Below, piece by piece: positions 1 to 11,251 of a DNA stretch of 64,000 nt; position 1 is the stretch's first letter, and the number at the start of each line of letters is the position of its first letter. The translations under genes were made by a program, and so were the position numbers. The notes under the pieces were generated by a model, which was not told where the DNA came from, searched no databases, and was given only the letters and a program-made list of their open reading frames with translations. Source of the DNA: Eledone cirrhosa (taxonomy: Eukaryota); the NCBI GenBank assembly GCA_964016885.1, contig OZ024740.1, forward strand, positions 311,612,001-311,676,000, given 5' to 3'.

Positions 1-7
1 AATTTAT

Positions 8-189
8 GTGAGTGTGTGTTTGTATGTGTTTGTAAATAAATCATTAAGTTTGAAGCAACTAAAAGTTAGTGTGGTTATAAATCACGCACGTTGTTTAATT
101 GCTTTAAATGTTTTTTTATCATTTGAAGTGAGTGTGTGTTTGTATGCGTTTGGAAATAAATCAGTAAGTTTGAAGCAACTAAAAGTTAG
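8..189. repeat. Two direct copies of a ~62 bp unit at 120 bp spacing (8-69, 128-189)
   Basis: gtgagtgtgtgtttgtatg(t/c)gtttg(t/g)aaataaatca(t/g)taagtttgaagcaactaaaagttag occurs twice. Confidence 0.85.
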
Positions 190-684
190 ACCGAGGAACG
201 ATTGAAAAACATTGTAACTCACATTTTTAAAAGATGCGCGTAGCTGCTAACGGTGAATAAACCAAATTTAGAAAGTAGCAAAATGTGTGGGTTGTAGATA
301 GAGGTAGCCAGATGATATGAGAGAGTAAAACGGACAGTATCACCATCAACATGAGCAATGTAAAATGAAAAGAATAATTTAGTTTCATTTTACGTGTTGT
401 TTCAGCTTGGAAAGAGAAAGTAGCAGAAAGTATGAAGTTGTATAGATTTTGAATGGTAATGGAAAGAGGTGACCAGTTGAAATGAAAGAGGAATATCGTA
501 AAATATTGAGTTTTATCGAATTTTTGCGTAATTGTGGGTGAAATTGAAAAAAATATATGTGCTATGACCCAATCGAAGCTATTTCGAATACTGAATTGTA
601 AATTTCAATTGAAGAAATTCTATATCGTAGATTTCTATAACAAAGAAACGTGACCATACACTGAGCTTTATAGATTATGATATA

Positions 685-731
<47 letters not shown>

Positions 732-855
732 GTAAGAGATGAGTTTTATTGTAGCACAATAAAGCAATGCAAATATCGGATAAGTAGCACTCAACAGTTT
801 ATAGGACTGGAGTATAAATAATATAAAATCAAAAGATGGTTAAAAGAGTTCCATG

Positions 856-926
856 TATTTTATTATGCGCATTTCAAAAACAAATATCATCATGGGATGA
901 TATTTGCGTTCTCATCAGATAAAATA
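856..926 (-). ncRNA. Type I hammerhead ribozyme downstream of the Penelope-like ORF (pLTR-associated)
   Basis: Minus strand: tattttat CTGATGA [gaacgcaaatatcatc-ccat-gatgatatttgttttt] GAAA tgcgca TA ataaaata; intact core, palindromic stem III. Confidence 0.85.
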
Positions 927-1141
927 GGGAGACATGATATGAAGCTTAAAAAACACTTGCGAGCAGTGAAGTATTAAATCAACATGAAAAATAAAATAAG
1001 ATGGATATATGAGATTGTGAAAAAAGGAAAGGAAGGGGGAAGGAAAAGGTAAGGAAGAGGAAGAAAGAATATAAGAAAAAAAAATAAGAAGAAAAGGATG
1101 ACGGAGGAGGAGTATAAGAAGGAAGGATGAGAGAGGAGGAG

Positions 1142-1187
<46 letters not shown>

Positions 1188-1900
1188 TTTAATACTGAGA
1201 AACGCTATCTCACAGAGAGAAATAAAAAAAAAACCGTTGTAAGATAATACATAATTTTAAAAAAATTTAGAAATTAAAAGTTAATGAGGTTTATGAATGG
1301 TAATGCTTATGATTAAAGAAAAAGGAATTAAGAATACTATTTATTTAAGGTTTATATATTGAAGGGTTTAATAATATGTGCGAAAAGGAATTTATTAAAA
1401 TGTATTATTAAAATAAAATATATTAAGGAGATAAGGTGAATGAAGAAAAGGTTAAATGAATTATGAACTTAGAGGAATTAGTTAGGGTCCAAGTTTGTTT
1501 CTATGTATTGTAATAGGAAAAAGTAAATAATAGGTTTAATACGAGCACGGAAGGAGAGAAGAAAGAAGAAAATTCAAGGAAGAAAAATATATAACGTAAA
1601 AAAAAATATGTTTACAAAATGTACTAGTATATATTAGTATATATTAAAAATAAAAATTTGTATGGCCGAGAATATAAGGAGAATGCTATAGTGAGTTATA
1701 ATATGAATTAAGAAGTAATTGAGAAGTAAACGTTGCAGATTAACGAATCGAAATTAAAAAAGAAAAAGGATAAAAAAGAAGAAAAATAGGGGACCGCTAA
1801 CGACATAGTATGAGTAAATTGTATAATATACTGAAATAAGGTAGAAAGATGGGTACATTTGTAAAAGATATAAAAGCGTTTGAGAAAAGAAAATTTTAAA

Positions 1901-2794
1901 CTAATTAGGTAGTAAGATATTAGCTGTATACTTTATGGAAAGTTCATGGGATTTATGCAAGCAGACCGAAAATAAATCCGTACGTCTATTTATTATAGAA
2001 TTAAAATTAGAGATAATGGTAAATTTCTCCGGTAGGCAGAGATTACATGTTCTGGATAGGGAAGGATTCAGGTAAGGAGAGGCGTTGCAAACTTTCCCCC
2101 AAGAAATGTTGTAGTTAATATTTTTGTCCTTTAAGGACCATATGAGTTCTGAGAGTGCCGTGTTAGTTCTTTTAAGTTGGTATTTAAAAGAAGAATTGTG
2201 ATTATAAAATCTTGCTTTAAAGGAAGTGGAAGTGGAACCGAAATAGGTAAAAGAATTAGTACCAGTTATAACATTACATTCATACACTAAGTTTTTATCA
2301 AGACATTGGTTATTAAGAGGACATTTAGTTCTAACAGGGCAATTACAATTACGATTAGAGAAATTACCAGAGTTATTAACAAGTGACCTAGTATTATTTA
2401 TAGAAGGAATTGGATTGGAGAAGTTATTTACGATAGGTGCTAAAGTTTCCTGATTTAGATTGGTATTATGAACATTCGACAAAGTTACGTTTGACGTCGT
2501 ATTTAAATTTACGGAATCTAGCCTAGAGTTAACATTGACGTCGGGTTTACTATTGCTATTATTATGACGCTCAGTGTTGGATGGATATAATTTATTACTT
2601 AATATTTTATTATTATGTTTAGAGATAATGTTAGAGATGTTGGAAGTGGTGGAATAAGAGAATTTAATTGTATGTTTGTTAAAGATCTTACTATAAATAT
2701 GCGAGGGAGGGAAGCATTTATCTAAGGCCCTAAAAAATAGTTTAGGAATATTACTAATAATAGATAGAGAAAAAGGAGCGTTGTACCAAATCAT
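1901..2794 (-). pseudogene. PLE ORF C-terminal part: thumb/linker, CxCx5C knuckle, GIY-YIG endonuclease
   Basis: IWYNAPFS...CNCPVRTKCPLNNQCL...VYEC...YFGST...FKARFYNH...CNLCLPEK. Confidence 0.85.
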
Positions 2795-2935
2795 ATTTTT
2801 ATATCTAGGTCTTTTCTTTGAGTTATTGGAATGCTTATAACTAACTATATTACTATAAGTCCCTCGATGATTGGTTTCTTTACTGTATTTAATTTTGTCA
2901 GGATAACCGGCTCTGGAAAGCGTATCCTGACAAAA

Positions 2936-3604
2936 TTAAATAATCCATCTTTGTACGCTATTTACAATTGCTTTTTTTACTGACTTAGGGTGATTAGAGT
3001 AATAACTAACGTAATTTAAATTTTCATTGGGCTTATGGGAAGGGTAATAAAAACCAGAGTTTAAGTTAAAGGTAACATCAAGGAAATTAACTATTTTGGT
3101 ACCACTTTCTACTTCTAGTTTAAGGTCGTAAATTTTAAAGAATTCAATTATATTTTTCTTTACTCTATTTAGTTCTATATTGTTGTGTTTAACAACCCTA
3201 AATAAAATATCGTCCCTATATAAACAACCGGTAATCTCCGGCAGTTTTCTATTTATCATATTTAAGATGAAAAACCCCAGAAGATCCGTGATTTGCGCTG
3301 AATCAGATGATCCCATGGTAATGTCGAAGTTTCTATTTCTATCTGAGCGGGTCCAATACTCATTGTTGAAGTTAATAAGAGTTCTTCTAGCAGTTAATAT
3401 GATATCAATTTCATCCGTAGTTAGATCAGTATGTTTGTAAGCGTATGATAAAGCCTTATTTAGTAGGTTGGGCGTAATGGAAGAGTAATAGCTTGTTATG
3501 TCCATCTGGATGAATTTACAGTTTTTCTTATCATCTATATTCTTATACCATTCAATGACTTCATTTGTATTCTTCCACAAGCTCAATTTAGACCTCAATT
3601 TCAA
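2936..3604 (-). pseudogene. PLE reverse transcriptase core
   Basis: WKNTNEVIEW, DITSYYSSI, MGSSD, YRDD, FLDV, SNHP. Confidence 0.9.
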
Positions 3605-4441
3605 AGTAGGTAGAATTCTATCAATAATATTTTTACTGATTACTCCAATATCATTTACTTAATACAATATATGAACAAATAATAAACTATAATCTTGGTA
3701 TATTATGATCAATACATATATATAGTTGGAAATTCTGGCTTCTTTAAGTTTAATTATAAGGCCGGTTGATACTTTAGACACTCAAACTATTTAACAATAA
3801 ATTCTTTAATAGTTATAACTATAAATATCTTATAAATTATATTATAGAAACTGTTAGCAATATTATATGTAATTTTGGTAAAGATTACCTTCGTGGGGAT
3901 ATAAAACATTATATATATATATTTTCTTTCTTTCTCGGGTTTCGTAAATCCTTTAAATTTGTTTTCATAAAATTTGAATTTTAGAAATTTAACATAATTA
4001 TATAATATTAATACAAATACCTATTAACTTTTAAAACCTAAAATTTGATTCTTTACCCTGAAATAACATAAATTAAATATTTTGAAAATTAACCGCCAAC
4101 TATACTATATAAGAATCTCCCCCTTGTCTCTCTCTCTCTTTAATCATCTTTCATCTGTCTTCTCAAGCTAAATACTAAATTAGTTATCACATCAGCTGTT
4201 TCTTCCTATATGCTTTCCTTTCCCCCCTCTTTCTCTAGTAGTTTTTAAAAATTAAAAATTCTATAACTGTTATATTGATGCCATGTATTTCTTAAAATAT
4301 ATTACTCACACTCTCTCTATTGTTTGTATTACGTTTTCTCATATTCTCAATATTAGGGTATACATATTGAGTTTTGTCATAAGTTAATCACTACCTTGAT
4401 TAAATCTTAACCATCTACCATGTCAGGGTATGTCATGTATC

Positions 4442-4506
4442 ATTTTATTTTTTCTGATGAGGACGTACTGTTGAGGACGTACCACTGAAATATGTATAAT
4501 AAAATA
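4442..4506 (+). ncRNA. Type I hammerhead-like motif with disrupted stem II
   Basis: attttatttttt CTGATGA ggacgtactgttgaggacgtaccact GAAA tatgta TA ataaaat; internal duplication of tgaggacgtac. Confidence 0.6.
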
Positions 4507-4784
4507 TAATTGATCACAAGAATATCTATTTTGTTAATATTTTGAATTAATATATATATATATATATATATATTCAGCTTTATGCTGAACTCCATACCTT
4601 TTGTTGAGTTTTTTTGGAATGTTTTGACTGCTGTTTCTTGTAAACAGTCATTCGTCTCATTCTGACGTCACTAGCCCTATTCTCCATGTGTGTTTATTAT
4701 CTTAATTCCACACGAGGTGTAACTACTCTGCTTTTAAATTCCCTTTTGGCAAATTTTAGCTGTAGCTCTTAGTTATCGTGTTGA

Positions 4785-4865
4785 GCTCTACTGATGAACG
4801 ATTACAACCGTGACTAACCCCACTGAAAAGTTTCGTGAAATAGTCTTTTAAAGACTATATAGAGC
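4785..4865 (+). ncRNA. Type I hammerhead ribozyme
   Basis: gctcta CTGATGA acga...tcgt GAAA tagtcttt-t-aaagacta TA tagagc; all three stems pair. Confidence 0.85.
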
Positions 4866-5108
4866 ATTTGTAGATTTTTCCAAATTGAAGGATAAGTATT
4901 TACCTTTAATTTTATTCTGAGTTAAGACTGTATTGATTTTTTCCCTGGATTACACAAAATCTGTGGATAACATTTCTGTCTTGACTTTTTTGAATTGAGA
5001 TTGAATTATTTTCCCATATCTTACGTTAAATATTTTCCATCTTGACGTAATAGTCACTTATATGTATGAATTACTGTTGGCTTCTTGGTCACATTAATTT
5101 TTCTCTAT

Positions 5109-5341
<233 letters not shown>

Positions 5342-5477
5342 CTTGTGTGTGCTTGTGTGTTTATATAATTTTATATTTATTATTCTTTTTCTCCTTTCCC
5401 TCTTCTTCCTCTAGCCTCACTTTCATATATATTATATTTTTGTTTTTCAAATCCACTGTCAATAAATACACCAGGAT

Positions 5478-5540
5478 TTTTTCTTTCTGATGACTGAAAC
5501 CAAATTTGTTTGCGTTCAAGAAACCATTGGTAAATGAAAT
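5478..5540 (+). ncRNA. Degenerate type I hammerhead motif
   Basis: tttcttt CTGATGA ctgaa...ttcaa GAAA ccattgg TA aatgaaa. Confidence 0.6.
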
Positions 5541-5564
5541 AATTATCTTATGTTGTTTAATACA

Positions 5565-5594
<30 letters not shown>

Positions 5595-5601
<7 letters not shown>

Positions 5602-6201
5602 ATAATAATAAATTTGAAGACTAAAGGGGGCTCGATAAGGATAAATATATATCAAATATATAAGAACCGTAGAGCAAATATTTATTAAAATAACAGATTA
5701 AAGTTTAAGCAAAGAATCGCTGCTTTCAACATTAACGGGATTTTCTGAAACTAAAAAATTTAATCTGTGAACGCAGAAGTAAATATTTCGAGAAACGTTG
5801 CAACCGAAGGAAAACAGCAAGATGATATTTTGGCTCGTGAAGACGTTCCCTGGTAATGAACGGAAAAAATGCGAGGATAATACGTCGTTATGTGGACCGG
5901 GAAGAACAATTTCATGCAAAGACAAGACCAAGTTTATGGTATAAATGGAGTCGTTAGACTAATATTCTATTTAAAATAACAGAATGATTTTCAGTCCCGG
6001 AGTTTAAGAATGATGTAAATAAAATTGAAAACGAAAATGACAGAGGTTATTAAAATAGTAAAAGTAAATAGTAAAAGTAAATAGTGAAGATTTAGACCAG
6101 TACATACGTATGCCCGACGGACATACACATACATACGCACACACAAATACATACACACCCACAAACAAACGCGCGCGCGCACGCACACACACACACACAC
6201 A

Positions 6202-6296
<95 letters not shown>

Positions 6297-6737
6297 GCGC
6301 GTGTATAAACCTTATGCATTTCTACAGTATTTTCACCAAACTTAAGACATAGGTTACTTATGTACTCTGGATGGTCATGGGCACTTTCAATTTTCCAGAT
6401 ATTGATTATAGGGCCTCCCGGCAGATAACCCCCTTTAACCACTTCCTTGGAGTCGACTGAAGAACTGCAGTGCAATGCAACAAAATGCCATAACTTCTGG
6501 AGTTCGCAACCGATTTTCACAAAACTTGACACATGGGCTACGTTTGTCCTACAGATGAATGTGAACTCTCAGAATTGGCACATATTGAGTAGGGGACCCC
6601 TGGGGGCAGGAACCCTCTTTTGGAAAAAGCCGATGATTTTGTAAAAGTATAGTTTTCGAAGCAGCACTGAAGTATTGACATAAATGGTATACACAACTTC
6701 TATTTAATACCCGAGCAACACCGGGTACATCTGCTAG
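5595..6737 (+). mobile_element. Non-autonomous Helitron-like element (5' boundary uncertain)
   Basis: 3' hairpin tacccg-agcaacac-cgggta (6708-6727) followed by CTAG|T at 6734-6738; internal (CA)n/(CACG)n. Confidence 0.6.
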
Positions 6738-6831
6738 TAATAAATATAATCGTTAATTTATATATAATATATAATATAATATATGCTATGTATACATAAA
6801 TATATATTTTTTATTTTACTATATTTATATA

Positions 6832-7019
6832 TAATTGTTTCTTCTTTTGGCACAAGGCCAGCAATTATCCTAGCGCATTACTGGTACATTATTTTATCGA
6901 CCTCGTAAGAATGAAAAGCAAAGTTAAACTCGGCGGGATTTGAACTCAGAATGGCAAGGGCTGTAACTCTATGCGTCGAAGCATGGTGTCCGATGCTCTA
7001 GCGATGCTGCCAATCCACC
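6832..7019 (-). mobile_element. tRNA-derived SINE with Meta/MESC-like central domain
   Basis: B-box gagttcaaatccc; ctttgcttttcattcttacgaggtcgataaaataaatgtaccag; homologs at 43123, 46960, 63052. Confidence 0.8.
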
Positions 7020-7214
7020 ATATATAATATATATCATTTGGTATTTAATATACTATATCATGTCTAATGCTCCCACCCCCTTTGGTCGTAGCGACCCCCT
7101 GGATTTGTTTCAATTCCCCCTCCCTCCGGAGGCGGAAGCGCCCGCATTGAGAACTTCTGCACTAGACCAATCCCAGTCTCTGAACATTGGTGAAAGTTAT
7201 CCAAAAAGAACTGG

Positions 7215-7685
7215 TCAATGTCATTGGAAGTGCTCCCATCTTCCCTTTTCTCTCTTCTTTAACCTACAGGCTTATAAACAGAGAAGGCCCAATCACGCGG
7301 GCCATTTTTGCCACATTCACTCACCTTTCAGTAAATTTACTGGTGTGCAGTACCTCTCTCTCCACTCTGATTCTCCTTCTAAAGTGGTACCTAAAGAAGG
7401 GAATGAGTTGTTGTCCGGAGAGAAAGGCATCTGTTCTCAGTCCTCTCAATCTCATCCACTTTATAACCTCTTTCACCATAGCCACTGTACAGAGGAAAAC
7501 CGCATCTTTTTCGTTTTTGAAAGAGGCTGGCGGTTTGATCCTTACTATGGACTCGGCAGTCAACTGGATTTGTCCCATACGCGACAGCAGTTGTTCTGCG
7601 TAGTTCCACAGGTCGCTTACGCCCGGGCAGTTTACAATTGCGTGCAAGACGGTTTCAATGTCCTGCTCGCATCTTGGAGACGTCC
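7215..7685 (-). mobile_element. Fragment of Tx1-type ORF2 3' end and start of 3' UTR (same subfamily as 32700-33150)
   Basis: HAIVNCPGVSDLWNYAEQLLSRMGQIQLTAESIVRIKPP matches ORF 32697..33125. Confidence 0.9.
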
Positions 7686-7687
7686 TC

Positions 7688-8175
7688 TATTTAAGTAACA
7701 GCCGTACTAAGAGTGAGAAATAAAATTTCGTTTCATTTTTTCCGTTTATCGTTTTCGGTGCGCCCGGCCGATTAACTCACTCGATATGCAAATTGGGCTA
7801 CTCAGCCGTTAATATGCATAAGGAAAGTATATACTTTCAGACGTTCAATCATCTGGCAGGAAGGTATACGATGCTGACGATAGCTAATAAGCTTGAAACT
7901 AGTACATCGTTCCTTTGTCAGTGTTGAACAAAAGGGCACGATGGTTGCTAAACACTGTACGGCTTAATTCGGGATGTTTGTTTACAAACACACCGAGCAC
8001 TATAATAAATGTTCGGTAAATCCATACATACATATATATATGTGTGCATGTATGTATATATATACATATTACTGTACGTCTGTATACATATATGTATGTA
8101 CGTATACATACTTATATTTAAGTAACAGCCGTACTAAGAGTCAGAAATAAAATTTCGTTTCATTTTTTCCGTTTA
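7688..8175. repeat. ~60 bp direct repeats (7688-7748, 8115-8175) flanking a unique segment
   Basis: tatttaagtaacagccgtactaagagt(g/c)agaaataaaatttcgtttcattttttccgttta twice. Confidence 0.85.
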
Positions 8176-8234
8176 TATATATATATATATTTTCCAATTC
8201 CATCCCGCCTCAATCTATCTTATTTCTCATTCTT

Positions 8235-8270
8235 TCTTCTGATGAAGGACTAGCGTCCGAAACGTTAAGA
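8235..8270 (+). ncRNA. Minimal type I hammerhead ribozyme
   Basis: tctt CTGATGA aggac-tagc-gtcc GAAA cg TT aaga; resembles minimal PLE/retrozyme hammerheads. Confidence 0.75.
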
Positions 8271-8509
8271 CTCTCTTCCTGCTATATCAAGCGTTAACCT
8301 AATATATACCTTCCATATACTGTACCGATTGTGTTGTTATTTCTGATTACCTTTTACATATATATATATATATATATTACACACATATTGGTTACATATA
8401 TATATATATATAACCCCCCCCCCCCACTCTCAAGCGTGAAACTAATATTAACATTTGTATTGCCTCTTCGCTTCCACGTTTTTTGTTTTGTTTTCTGTTT
8501 ACTGTCTCA

Positions 8510-8569
<60 letters not shown>

Positions 8570-8785
8570 GAAAGTTAGAGTTATTAACTCATACTGTATG
8601 AGTTATTAACTCTAACTTTCATTTATATTTCGGCTCCCTTCCTAGGTGAGCTTATAAGTTGTGTGTATTGGGCTGTTATTTCAGGCGAATCCACTCACAC
8701 TACTTTTGACTTACGGCGCACGAGGTAAAGTATTCACTTTTTTGTGTGACTGTTAGCATTAGGTGTTTGTCGCATTTAATCAGAT

Positions 8786-8867
8786 TCTCTCGCTGATGAT
8801 GCCCAAGGATTATCTGTTACAAACACACTCAGGGCGAAACAGATTAACCCATAATCTGTCCGGGAGA
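8786..8867 (+). ncRNA. Canonical type I hammerhead ribozyme with GUC cleavage site
   Basis: tctctcg CTGATGA tgccc...gggc GAAA cagatta-accca-taatctg TC cgggaga. Confidence 0.9.
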
Positions 8868-9004
8868 TGTAATCGTTATTGAGGCGGTCTGTATAAATAT
8901 TTTTATCATTCTGTCTGTTTCATGGTTAAATATTTCAAACAAATGTGGTTCTTCAACCCTCGTAATATTAGACACACGATTTACTGTGTTTATTACTGCA
9001 TATA

Positions 9005-9006
<2 letters not shown>

Positions 9007-9069
<63 letters not shown>
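9007..9069. repeat. (ATT)n microsatellite, 5' flank of Tx1 copy A
   Basis: Direct reading. Confidence 0.95.
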
Positions 9070-9285
9070 GGCGACCTACGTAGTAAATCGTATCATCGTG
9101 AGCTCCGCAAAGGTTTGTTATTTTCAGTTATTTAAAATTGCCATTTATGGAAAATTTTTATTGTTAACTATATATAAGTGCACATACATTGATTTCTGAA
9201 AAGGACACTCAAAAATATTGGGGCCTTGAGCCCAAAATTTAAACTTTTTATAATTACCAAACAAAAATTTTTTCTTTGAAAAATA

Positions 9286-11217
9286 ATGGATGACTCAGAT
9301 TCACTCCTTCCTCACAATCTAACACCTCACACCGACACCACCATTGTAAACATTGCTACGTTTGCCAACACTGGAATTGTAAGCAGTAGCAATATTTTAA
9401 ATTTGTCTCAGGCAGACGTTCATTTCCTGCCATTACCAATGACTGCAGGTGTTAAAGCCGCCACCACCACCGCGACAACCACCACCCCCACCACCACCAC
9501 AGCGACAAAAGAAAAAAAAAAAAAATTAACTCATGATATCGAAATGAATTCAACCAAAATGAACTATTCCACACCGAACACCACTGACGCCACCATCACC
9601 ACAACTGAAACTAAAATTAACAATATCAAAAATAACGATAATAACAACAGCAACAATGAAATTAAGAAAACTACCCTGAGTTTTGCCAGAGTAGCAAAAA
9701 CGTGCGAAGCGATTCAGGTAATTCAGGAAGAATTAGACGAAGCCAAAGGAATGGTAAAGAAAGATGGGTACAGGGTCAGCCTCACCCCCCCTCCCACCTA
9801 ATAAAATGGAGCAACGTCGCCTATGCACCGTGTCTTATCGGACAATAAACATAAAATCGCGCCGAGTGGAACGGGCATCTGAGTCCCAAATCCAAAAAGC
9901 TTTGGGACACGTGTGGGCAAAAATAACCCACATCAGACGTGGGCAGAAGTATGGAACCGTGGACGTGTTCTTTGAAACACTACAGGAGGCCAGAGAACAC
10001 TCCATGGCCCCATTAAGAAGTGACGACTTCACACTCATCCCAAGCTATTGTGGCCAGAGACTTGTGAAGATCAGGGTGACCCACGTTCCACCGGCCATTG
10101 AAATTCCCTGGCTAATGGCTGCCGTCCTCGCCGGCATCGAGGCCAACACCAAAATAATAGAAATAGCAAAAGAAAAGCAGGAGGACTGGTCCGGATCTGG
10201 GATGGAGCTCCTGATCCAAGCGGACCATAAAAGCATTGAAGAGATCCCAGAGGTAATAGACCTCACTTACGGCAGCCACCTCACGGTAATCGTCGAGGGC
10301 AGAAGACCTAGGTGTGTCGTTTGTGGTGAAGGAACCCACATAAAGGCTTTCTGCCCTCAGGCTAAAAGGTTGAGGCCACCTCTCTTACCCACCGCAGTGA
10401 CTCAAACATCAACACCACCAGCAGCAGAAATAGCAGCAACAACTGTAGCAGCAACAACAGAAGCAACTGTAACAGCAACAACCCCAGCAACAGTAGCAAA
10501 ACCAATACCACCACCACCCAACGCCCCAGAACTAGCCCCAGCGCCTACACCATCCACGCCACGCCTGTGGAGGATTTTCCATTTCCCGGCTTATTGCAAC
10601 TGGAGACAGATTGTGACGACGAGGAGTGGGAAACGGTATCAGGAAAAAAGAAAAAAAAAAGAAACCAAAAAAGAAAAAATTCTCTTCCTTCCCCCTCAAA
10701 AAACAAAATACAGAGGGAAACAAATAAATTATCGAACAAGAAAGTTAAGACAGATATGCCACCATCCACACCAGCATCACCAACCCCATCACCACAAACA
10801 CCAACACCATCACCATCATTAACCCCAACACCACCATCACCAACACCACAAAAGTCACCAAAAAGCGTAACAGAAACAAACCCACAACAAACGCAAACAA
10901 AACAAAACAACCAAAACGATACACACTACACAGCATTACATTTGAACAACAACCAATTATTACACTACATGCAACACAACACCAGCATCACAGAAAAAGA
11001 CTACACAACAACCCAAAAGTTCACACCACCTCCACACATACAAATCACTCGCATCACACAGAAAACGTACACGACACTAAAACAAAAATTCCCCAAAGAC
11101 ATCGGAGACTTCAGACAAGGACTCTCCAGGAGGATTTATAAGGACATCCTTCCGGAGGAGGCCACAAGCAGTGAAAAGGATGGACAAACCATCCTTCCTC
11201 TACGAGAAGTAAGGTAA
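9286..11217 (+). pseudogene. Tx1-A ORF1 (frameshifted nucleic-acid-binding protein, CCHC knuckle)
   Basis: LSFARVAK, VEGRRPRCVVCGEGTHIKAFC, low-complexity T/P tail. Confidence 0.8.
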
Positions 11218-11251
11218 GTGGTCTTTCCCATCTTTTCCACTCCGTTTCAAC

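Larger units (their letters stand above)
780..3660 (-). mobile_element. 5'-truncated Penelope-like element, Naiad-like (RT + C-terminal GIY-YIG); outer boundaries approximate
   Basis: RT motifs QMDITSYYSSI, TMGSSDSA, LYRDD, FLDVTFNL; CNCx5C knuckle, VYEC..TYFG GIY-YIG, CNLC; downstream hammerhead. Confidence 0.85.

Noticed and set aside
1901-3604. Selenocysteine recoding, reported for some Naiad elements
   Set aside because: Conserved Cys positions translate as Cys, and the ORF break is a TAA created by the inverted duplication
7688-8175. Direct repeats as a possible CRISPR array
   Set aside because: Only two long copies, no spacer periodicity, eukaryotic context, no cas genes
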